From the NCBI RefSeq assembly GCF_000341395.1, contig NC_020304.1:3330001-3362000 (forward strand): a stretch of 32,000 nt of DNA. The letters are read 5' to 3'. Both the position numbers and the translations under genes were made by a program. Shown here piece by piece: positions 19,186 through 25,936 of this stretch. The stretch comes from Desulfocapsa sulfexigens DSM 10523 (GTDB lineage Bacteria > Desulfobacterota > Desulfobulbia > Desulfobulbales > Desulfocapsaceae). The notes below the pieces were generated by a model. The model saw nothing but the letters and a program-made list of their open reading frames with translations, made no database searches and was not told the DNA's origin. Within the stretch, counting starts at the first letter, position 1. Every line of letters begins with the position of its first letter.

Positions 19186-19758
19186 ATGAACAACCTGACC
19201 ATACTTGTTGTTGACGACGATCCTGTCATTCGAAAACTTCTTGAACAGCGTTTAATCAAAGAGAACTATGAGGTTCTCCTGGCTGAAGATGGGTATGTAG
19301 GAAACGAAATTCTTTCAAACACTCACGTTGATGTGGTACTTACTGATTTGATGATGCCAGGAGATATTGGTGGGATAGAAGTTCTTGAGTTTGCAAAGGG
19401 ACTTGAACGAAATATCGAAGTAATTCTGATAACAGCACACTCATCAGTCGATACCGCTGTTGAAGCTATGAAAAAAGGAGCTTCCGACTATCTTGAAAAA
19501 CCGATCAATTTTACAGAACTTTTTTTAAGACTTGAAAAAATTTCGACCATGCGCAGTCTTCTACGTAGTGCCGAAGACTTGCGCCAGGCAATGGATGTAA
19601 CCGAGACTACTGCCTCAGAAACCATTCAAAACCTGGAAGTGCTGGCTGACGTTCTCCAGAACAAGATTGATTTAATAGACACAATTTTAACAAATGATGG
19701 ATTATCAGCAGATGACAAAGTTTCAGATGCACTGGATGTCCTTCAGGAAATCAATTAA
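19186..19758 (+). CDS. Stand-alone response-regulator receiver with a C-terminal helical extension of about 70 aa
   Basis: ILVVDDDPVIRKLL...VLTDLMMPG...GASDYLEKPI (NtrC-like REC). The ATG at 19186 is preferred over the GTG at 19183. No recognisable output domain. Confidence 0.8.
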   Translation: MNNLTILVVDDDPVIRKLLEQRLIKENYEVLLAEDGYVGNEILSNTHVDVVLTDLMMPGDIGGIEVLEFAKGLERNIEVILITAHSSVDTAVEAMKKGASDYLEKPINFTELFLRLEKISTMRSLLRSAEDLRQAMDVTETTASETIQNLEVLADVLQNKIDLIDTILTNDGLSADDKVSDALDVLQEIN

Positions 19759-19804
19759 GTTTTCCATGCAATAAAGCCCTGCAGCAACAGGTTCCTCTTT
19801 CCCG

Positions 19805-21262
19805 TCAGTTCTGCTCAATCATCATCACTGGCTGGTTGTATCCTTTTGTTTCCGAGAAATCCACATCATCCGTCAGGGTGTTTTTAAGTTTTGCATCTGT
19901 CAGATCTGCGTCTTTTAAAATTGCTCTATATAAATCGGCTTTTGACAGATCGGCACCACTGAGGTCGGCACCACTGAAGTTCGCCCCCTTCAGATTCGCT
20001 CCTTCGAGGTCAACCCCCTTAAGAATAGCATTGCTGAAGTTTGCCCCCTCCAGATCTGCACCATCAAGGTTTTCGCCACTAAGATCAACACCTGAAAGCT
20101 CACAGGCATAGCAGCTGTTTTGATCAAGAAGCGTTGCAACGTTTTTCATGACTTCACCTGAAGGTTCTTCCTTTGAAAACACACTAAGCACTGTTTCTAC
20201 AATACCGACTTCCTGCCCCTCGGAAACCACTCCTTCATCACTATTCACTTTTTCATTCTTATTATTCTCAGAAACAGCATCAGAGGAAGGAGATGTCACC
20301 ATATCACCTCCTTTCTCAGGTTCCATATCAACAACCGGAGTAGCAATGCTATTATCCTCCGAAATTTTTTCTTTTTCACTTACTGACACAGATGGAGAAG
20401 CATCTCCCTGAATGACATCCTGCTGGACCTCTTCGGTAAAAGCATTTTCAATCTTTTTTTCTTCTTCTACAGCATCACTTTCAGTAAGACCTTTTTCTTC
20501 TTTTATTTCTTGTTCAATTACTTCTTCTGGAACAATTATTACGTCTTCAACCGTCACGTCTTCAATTCGTACTTCCTGAATTGCTGGAGCAGCCTTTGCT
20601 TCCGGAGCTGCTACACTTTGTCTGGGAAGGGTAGCATCCTCATAGGCCAGTGTTATGTCATCTGAAACATCAGGAACATCGGATACATTATCAGAATCAT
20701 TCTGCTCAACACTTATTGGTACAACAGGTGGTGTTTCCTCGAAATCCCTTCTGCTGGGAATGACAATTTCCTCTGTTTCCGGAACGTTCTTTGGTTTCGC
20801 AGTGTCCTCGACATAAACAGTTTCCTTAACATCCTTCAATCCTTTATCACCTGCGTAGGGGCTTGTTTCAATTATTTCACCATCCATTAAAGCACCATAC
20901 ATATATGCCCCTACCATGGATGCCCCAGTCAAATCAGCGCCTCTTAAGTCAATTTCGGCAAGATCCGCACCATTAAATACCGCCTCACGCAAGTCGCAGT
21001 TTTTTAGATTTGCTCCCGAAAGATTAGTTAATGCCATCTGGGCGCGTGACAAATTGGCTCCCTCCAGGTTTGCACCGGAAAGATCGAGTCTATTAAGGTT
21101 GGCACCACTCAAATCACATTGTGGACAACTTCTAGTTTCAAGAAGTTGTTTTTTATTAGCCTGTACAGTTGTGGAGGAAGAAAGCTCTGCGGCAATACCG
21201 GGTACAGAAAATATCGAACACAAAAAGAGAGCCACACAAAAAAATGATTTGAGACCTGACAT
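19805..21262 (-). CDS. Secreted bipartite pentapeptide-repeat protein with a long acidic central linker
   Basis: AGGAG RBS. Signal peptide FFCVALFLCSIFSVPGIAA/E. The N-terminal block CPQCDLSGANLNRLDLSGANLEGANLSRAQ... and C-terminal block CYACELSGVDLSGENLDGADLEGANFSNA... are A(D/N)LxX repeats, separated by about 230 aa rich in E/D/V/S. Confidence 0.85.
   Translation of the reverse strand: MSGLKSFFCVALFLCSIFSVPGIAAELSSSTTVQANKKQLLETRSCPQCDLSGANLNRLDLSGANLEGANLSRAQMALTNLSGANLKNCDLREAVFNGADLAEIDLRGADLTGASMVGAYMYGALMDGEIIETSPYAGDKGLKDVKETVYVEDTAKPKNVPETEEIVIPSRRDFEETPPVVPISVEQNDSDNVSDVPDVSDDITLAYEDATLPRQSVAAPEAKAAPAIQEVRIEDVTVEDVIIVPEEVIEQEIKEEKGLTESDAVEEEKKIENAFTEEVQQDVIQGDASPSVSVSEKEKISEDNSIATPVVDMEPEKGGDMVTSPSSDAVSENNKNEKVNSDEGVVSEGQEVGIVETVLSVFSKEEPSGEVMKNVATLLDQNSCYACELSGVDLSGENLDGADLEGANFSNAILKGVDLEGANLKGANFSGADLSGADLSKADLYRAILKDADLTDAKLKNTLTDDVDFSETKGYNQPVMMIEQN
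19950..19977. repeat. Two exact tandem copies of TCGGCACCACTGA at a 15-nt period (codes SGADL-SGADL on the minus strand)
   Basis: Copies at 19950-19962 and 19965-19977, read directly. This is the nucleotide-level footprint of the pentapeptide repeat. Confidence 0.9.
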
Positions 21263-21560
21263 GAAAACTCCTGGAATAATCTATTAGTAATATGTTGTCT
21301 ATACAAAGAAGAGGATAGTAAAATATAATTTCTCACAGATACATACTCTATTTTCTTAAAAAGAGTCAAGAATCTACTCCTCAACATTTCCAATGAAAGT
21401 TCCCTCTACCGTGAAAATTAGTCCCATCCTAAAGCTTCAAAGACACCACACCACCTAACAGATTAAAGTTTTAGTCCTTATTTTTATAAAGTTTCGGTCA
21501 CAACCCTTATATGAACAGTTACAAGCAAAACCCCAGTATTACTTTTTGATTAAATAAAAC

Positions 21561-21588
21561 TTGACACTACCGGGATTCGCTGTATTTT
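21561..21588 (+). promoter_or_regulatory. Sigma-70-type promoter candidate for the FeS/cytochrome/NrfD operon
   Basis: TTGACA (21561-21566), 16 nt, TATTTT (21583-21588) with TG just upstream. This implies a leader of about 200 nt before the ATG at 21795. Confidence 0.4.
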
Positions 21589-21600
21589 AGTCGACACTGA

Positions 21601-21625
21601 GTGTTGCAAAAATGTTGCGCAACAC
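21601..21625. promoter_or_regulatory. Composite inverted-repeat element GTGTTGC-N6-GTTGCGCAACAC, a candidate binding site for the local sigma-54 EBP
   Basis: GTGTTGC (21601-21607) and GCAACAC (21619-21625) are reverse complements. It contains the perfect 12-bp palindrome TGTTGCGCAACA (21613-21624). The first 20 nt are 18/20 identical to 27763-27782. Confidence 0.5.
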
Positions 21626-21701
21626 AATTGGGCACACAATTTTACAATGTAATATTAAATACTTAAATGTCACATGTTTTTATATGGCCTTTACGCATAT
21701 G

Positions 21702-21715
21702 AATGAGGCCTCATT
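21702..21715. repeat. Perfect 14-bp palindrome AATGAGGCCTCATT in the operon leader
   Basis: Read directly from the sequence. Confidence 0.9.
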
Positions 21716-21748
21716 TACAATTATAGATTTCCACACAGCTAAACTATC

Positions 21749-21762
21749 GGCTCACGTGAGCC
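21749..21762. repeat. Perfect 14-bp palindrome GGCTCACGTGAGCC, 33 nt upstream of the FeS-protein ATG
   Basis: Read directly from the sequence. Confidence 0.9.
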
Positions 21763-21794
21763 CATCATGTGTTTCAAGTACTTGGAGGAGTAGA

Positions 21795-22559
21795 ATGGAC
21801 ATTAAGAAATTGGAAAAGGAAACAAACGAGGGTGTCGAGACATTACCCTCGGATGAACGTCGTAACTTCCTGAAAATGGGTCTGGCGGTCACCGGAGTTT
21901 TCCTCGGTGGAACCGTACTTTCCCTCACCTCGGTTTCAACAGCCAAAGGAGGAAACAGTGATTCTGTAATACCGGTGGATGGACAATATCCCTACACTAA
22001 ACATTATGGAATGATTATGCGGCAAAACAAATGTGTTGGCTGCGAGAAATGCCTTGATGCATGCAGGGAGACCAACCATGTCCCCAATGAACACGATGCC
22101 TGGCGTACTGACATCCAGGAACGTCTTACTACCATAGATGGTGTTGAGAAACGAGAATTCAGGCCGATCCTCTGCAACCACTGCAATCGCCCCCCCTGCG
22201 TCCGTGTCTGTCCGACCAGAGCAACATACAAAGATCCAGAAACAGGTATTGTTGTGATGGACTACAAAAAATGTATCGGTTGCAAAACCTGTATGGCTGC
22301 CTGTCCATACAATGCCAGATACTTCAGTCATGAGAAGTATGCGATAGACAAGTGCAATTTCTGTCTTGACACCCGCCTTGCTGAAGGCCACAAAGAAACG
22401 GCATGTGCTGCTGCATGTCCTGCAGATGTACGTATTTTCGGTGACATAAAGGACCAAAATACTGAAATATATAAGTTACTGCATGAGCCTGAAAATAAAA
22501 TCTGGGTTATACGACCAGAATGCGGGGCCTTACCTAACGTTTTTTATATGAATGCGTAG
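21795..22559 (+). CDS. Tat-exported 4x[4Fe-4S] ferredoxin-like subunit (NrfC/PsrB/HmcB/DmsB family)
   Basis: GGAGGAG RBS before the ATG at 21795. Twin-arginine signal DERRNFLKMGLAVTGVFLGG. Four cluster motifs: CVGCEKCLDAC, CNHCNRPPCVRVCP, CIGCKTCMAACP and CNFC...CAAACP. The track start at 21612 is an unlikely upstream extension. Confidence 0.88.
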   Translation: MDIKKLEKETNEGVETLPSDERRNFLKMGLAVTGVFLGGTVLSLTSVSTAKGGNSDSVIPVDGQYPYTKHYGMIMRQNKCVGCEKCLDACRETNHVPNEHDAWRTDIQERLTTIDGVEKREFRPILCNHCNRPPCVRVCPTRATYKDPETGIVVMDYKKCIGCKTCMAACPYNARYFSHEKYAIDKCNFCLDTRLAEGHKETACAAACPADVRIFGDIKDQNTEIYKLLHEPENKIWVIRPECGALPNVFYMNA

Positions 22560-22664
22560 GTACCTTACGGCCCAAACAGTCCACTCTCCCATTGAAAATA
22601 GAAACACATTATCATTGTGGGATACTTAACGCATACAACTCAGATTCTAGGAGATTATAACCAA

Positions 22665-23354
22665 ATGAATACACGATTTATTAGCACCGTTGGACTAACT
22701 TTACTGGGTGGAGTTTTCATACTCGCCGGTAATGTTACAGCTGCAGATGAGTATGATGTAAGGGCCTTTGGCCCTAAAAATCCCATCGTCTGGGACACGC
22801 CAACAAAAGTTGTTTTTGACCACCGCACCCATACAGATACGATTGGCCTCGAATGTAGTGCCTGCCATGGTGAAATCTTTGCCATGCAGCGTGGCGTAGC
22901 CCCAAGAACAGGAAAACTGACCATGGCATCACTTGCCGCAGGTCAATTCTGTGGAGCTTGTCATGATGGAGATACCGCATTTGCCACTGATACAAACTGT
23001 ACCGCATGCCATATTCTTCCAGAGGATCCTATCGTCTGGACCAAACCTGTTAAAGCGGTAGTCTTTTATCACAAAGCTCATATAGAAGATTTTGGACTTG
23101 AGTGCGATTCCTGCCATGACGACGCCTTTTCCATGAAAGCTGGTGTCGCAGAGCAATCTCCAAATTTCACAATGAAATCACTCTATGAAGGTCAATACTG
23201 TGGCAAATGTCATGACGGTGAAACAGCCTTTGCCTCAAACACCCTCTGTAACACCTGTCACATTGGAGTTAAAGGGTATGACCGACTGATGGGGATAGAG
23301 CCACATCCTCATACCCAGAGTCATGCGCACGAGAATCAAAATGGTGGTCATTAA
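22665..23354 (+). CDS. Periplasmic hexahaem c-type cytochrome built from two tandem c7/c3-type trihaem domains
   Basis: AGGAG RBS. Signal peptide FISTVGLTLLGGVFILAGNVTA/AD. Six CXXCH motifs (CSACH, CGACH, CTACH, CDSCH, CGKCH, CNTCH) arranged as two homologous units of about 90 aa. His-rich tail EPHPHTQSHAHENQNGGH. Confidence 0.88.
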   Translation: MNTRFISTVGLTLLGGVFILAGNVTAADEYDVRAFGPKNPIVWDTPTKVVFDHRTHTDTIGLECSACHGEIFAMQRGVAPRTGKLTMASLAAGQFCGACHDGDTAFATDTNCTACHILPEDPIVWTKPVKAVVFYHKAHIEDFGLECDSCHDDAFSMKAGVAEQSPNFTMKSLYEGQYCGKCHDGETAFASNTLCNTCHIGVKGYDRLMGIEPHPHTQSHAHENQNGGH

Positions 23355-23453
23355 TTGTATCAGTTTGTTTTCACCAGTTAATGACAGACAACAAAATAAT
23401 ATTTGAAATGCTCAGGCACAGTTCCTGATAAAACAGTATTGCAGGAGATTAAA

Positions 23454-24647
23454 ATGGCGAACAGTTCAGTGACAGATATTTTTGCCCAGACGCAGGATAC
23501 CCGTCTGGCGACTCCCGGGATAAACCGGGCTACGATTTTCTTTCTTATCATTATCGTACTTGGCCTTGGATGCGGTGTTTCATCCTTTATTTTTGGTCAT
23601 GAAAATATGTACAATTACACCCGTGACGTTCCATGGGGGTTGTTGATTTCAACCTATGCCTTCTGGGCAATCACTTCTACCGGTCTCTGTATATATGCTG
23701 CGATTTCCCATCTTTTTGGCGGAACCCGTATGGCTATCGTCAGCAATAGAATGGTATGGATGTCCATTATCTGTATCCTCGGTGCCTTTGCCACCATTGG
23801 TGTTGAAATCGCCAGTCCTCACAGAATGATTATCTATAATATTCTCTCCCCCAACCCAACTTCAAATATCTGGTGGATGGGAACACTCTACGGTATGGCA
23901 GTCGGTTGCATGATAGTAGAATTCTTTGGAATCGTGACGGGCCTTGCACGTATTGCCGTAATTCTTGGTACCATCGGTGCTGTGGCCGAGGTCCTTGCCA
24001 ATAGTTGTCTTGGTGGTGTATTTGCAACCCTTCCTGCCAGGCCTTACTGGTATGGCGGTCAACTTCCCATCTATTTCCTCACCGCTGCATTCCTTTCAGG
24101 CGCAGCAGCCACCGTCCTCTTTAACCATCTGGCTTACAAGGTTCGAGGTATAGAAATGAGTGAAGCTGTTAAAGACGGAGTGCGGAGTGCCGGTAAAGCT
24201 ATGACTCTTGTACTGGTACTTTATTCAGTTGCCACATTCTGGAGATTGATAAGTTACTATGTTGGCGGTGCAGAACTTGGTCGTATTGCAGCGGATGCGT
24301 TAATTTCTGGCCCACTTTCAATTAACTTCTGGGTTATTGAGGTTTGTGTAGGACTCCTTATCCCTCTGATGCTCATCATCCTTTCCAGACTCACCAATAT
24401 CGGAATGATGGCCCTGGCTGGTTTTCTTATTCTCGTAGGACAATTTGTGGCTCGCTATGACCTTGTTGCAGGCGGTCTTCTTGTTCCTGGTACCCTTGGC
24501 TGGGACAATGTTCCAACCTATTTTGACTACGTTCCTTCATTTTTCGAAATGGCTGTCGTTCTGGGAAGTGTTGGAGTAGTCTCTTTTGGATTCCTGATGG
24601 GTGAGAGAGTTTTTGGTAAGATTTTTGACCAGAAAGAACATCACTGA
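23454..24647 (+). CDS. NrfD/PsrC/HmcC-family polytopic quinone-interacting membrane subunit
   Basis: About 397 aa with roughly 8-10 hydrophobic helices and the usual position after an NrfC-like FeS gene. The ATG at 23454 (CAGGAG RBS) is preferred to the TTG at 23403. Confidence 0.75.
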   Translation: MANSSVTDIFAQTQDTRLATPGINRATIFFLIIIVLGLGCGVSSFIFGHENMYNYTRDVPWGLLISTYAFWAITSTGLCIYAAISHLFGGTRMAIVSNRMVWMSIICILGAFATIGVEIASPHRMIIYNILSPNPTSNIWWMGTLYGMAVGCMIVEFFGIVTGLARIAVILGTIGAVAEVLANSCLGGVFATLPARPYWYGGQLPIYFLTAAFLSGAAATVLFNHLAYKVRGIEMSEAVKDGVRSAGKAMTLVLVLYSVATFWRLISYYVGGAELGRIAADALISGPLSINFWVIEVCVGLLIPLMLIILSRLTNIGMMALAGFLILVGQFVARYDLVAGGLLVPGTLGWDNVPTYFDYVPSFFEMAVVLGSVGVVSFGFLMGERVFGKIFDQKEHH

Positions 24648-24671
24648 TAGGCTTGGTTATAGACAATAAAA

Positions 24672-24700
24672 AGGCTGCTCATGTTGTGAGTGGCCTTTTT
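24672..24700 (+). terminator. Probable rho-independent terminator after the NrfD-like gene
   Basis: AGGCTGCTCA-TGTTG-TGAGTGGCCT (imperfect stem with 2 internal mismatches) followed by TTTTT. Confidence 0.5.
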
Positions 24701-24784
24701 ACTTTGTCTTCCCCATAGTTAAAGGCTCCTTCCAAAGAGTTTCCAGCTTTTCAGCATTCCTCCTATTACCTGCTTCTGGTTAAT

Positions 24785-25936
24785 ATGACAAAAAACACTC
24801 CCAAAAAAAAACTGTCCTCCCCTGTTGAACAAAACGGTACATCCTTAGATTCACATATTGCAGGCGGTGGTAATGAACTGTTTCAGGCCATTCAGGATCC
24901 TGTTTTTATTGTCACTCCAGACGGTGTAATAATCGATGCAAATAATGCCGCTCTCAAGGCTGCACGAAAAACCCAAAAAGAAATTGTTGGTAAGGGAATC
25001 TGTACTATTATCCACGGAGGAAGCTTACCTCATATCAAATGCCCCCTTGAGGAGTTCCTCTTAACCACATCCACTTCTCGTGTTGAAGAAACCACCCTTC
25101 CAGGACTTGCAGGAGAGTACCTGCTCACTATTTCACCAATCAAAAACAAAAACGGCACTGTCTGTAAAATACTACTTGTTGCAAGGGAATTGACCAGTGA
25201 CGAAATGAGAAAAGCCGATTCCCTGCGAACTGCACAGATGGCAGCTATCGGCGAACTGGCAGCAGGAGTTGCCCATGAGGTGAACAACCCTATTACCGGA
25301 ATTATCAACTTTGCCCAATTGCTACTTGATGATAGTGAAAAGAATTCACTGCAGGCTGAGCTTCTGGAAAGAATTGTCAACGAAGGGGAGCGAATTGCCT
25401 TGATCATCAAGAACCTTCTCTCATTCGCCCGCGAAAGCGAAAACAACAACGAACTGATTGACATTGAACAGGTCATACGAGACAGCCTTTCACTTGTTGC
25501 ACATCAATTTAAGAAAGATGGTATTAAAATAAAAACAGAATTTTCTTCAAAAGCCTATCGAATTTATGGAAACTTCACTCAATTACAACAGGTAATCCTG
25601 AACTTACTCAGCAATGCCCGTTTTTCCCTCAACGATCGATATCCAAATTCCTCCCCAGAAAAAACCATAGAGATAAGCTGCTACCCTTTTCTAAAAAAAG
25701 AAGGAGAAACTGTTACTCAAATCACAATCAAAGATTCAGGAACCGGTATCCCGCAGGGAATTTTGAATCGCATCTTTGACCCATTCTTCACCACCAAACC
25801 ATCTGGTAAAGGTACTGGACTCGGTCTCAGCATCAGTTATGGAATCATTCAAAATCACGGTGGCTTTATCAAAGTTGATTCAATTATGCATCAATACACA
25901 AAAATGATCATCGAACTGCCCACATCTGGAATCTAA
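24785..25936 (+). CDS. Cytoplasmic PAS-domain sensor histidine kinase
   Basis: No TM segment. PAS ([26 protein letters not shown]...), H-box [23 protein letters not shown]-box LLSNARFS, G-boxes DSGTGI and [11 protein letters not shown]. Confidence 0.88.
   Translation: MTKNTPKKKLSSPVEQNGTSLDSHIAGGGNELFQAIQDPVFIVTPDGVIIDANNAALKAARKTQKEIVGKGICTIIHGGSLPHIKCPLEEFLLTTSTSRVEETTLPGLAGEYLLTISPIKNKNGTVCKILLVARELTSDEMRKADSLRTAQMAAIGELAAGVAHEVNNPITGIINFAQLLLDDSEKNSLQAELLERIVNEGERIALIIKNLLSFARESENNNELIDIEQVIRDSLSLVAHQFKKDGIKIKTEFSSKAYRIYGNFTQLQQVILNLLSNARFSLNDRYPNSSPEKTIEISCYPFLKKEGETVTQITIKDSGTGIPQGILNRIFDPFFTTKPSGKGTGLGLSISYGIIQNHGGFIKVDSIMHQYTKMIIELPTSGI

Noticed and set aside
19836-21287. + strand ORFs with SAP/RSAP-like repeats (19836..20111, 20148..20411, 20916..21287)
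   Set aside because: They are antisense reading frames of the pentapeptide-repeat gene. The periodicity comes from the 15-nt coding repeat on the minus strand.
21630-21645. GGGCACACAATTTTAC as a sigma-54 -24 element; a similar GGGCACAATTTTATC occurs at 29193-29207 upstream of ftsH
   Set aside because: Both have a GGCAC-like -24 box but T/A instead of the invariant GC at the -12 position. The resemblance between the two sites (13 nt with a 2-nt gap) could be chance. Worth a PWM scan, but not callable.
21749-21762. GGCTCACGTGAGCC read as a sigma-54 promoter (GG...GC)
   Set aside because: The GG-to-GC spacing is 9 nt rather than the required 10, and the flanking T residues are absent. It is kept only as a palindrome.
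21612-21794. N-terminal 61-aa extension of the FeS-protein ORF in the track
   Set aside because: It has no RBS and covers the palindrome-rich leader. The ATG at 21795 has GGAGGAG upstream and places the twin-arginine motif at the usual distance from the N-terminus.
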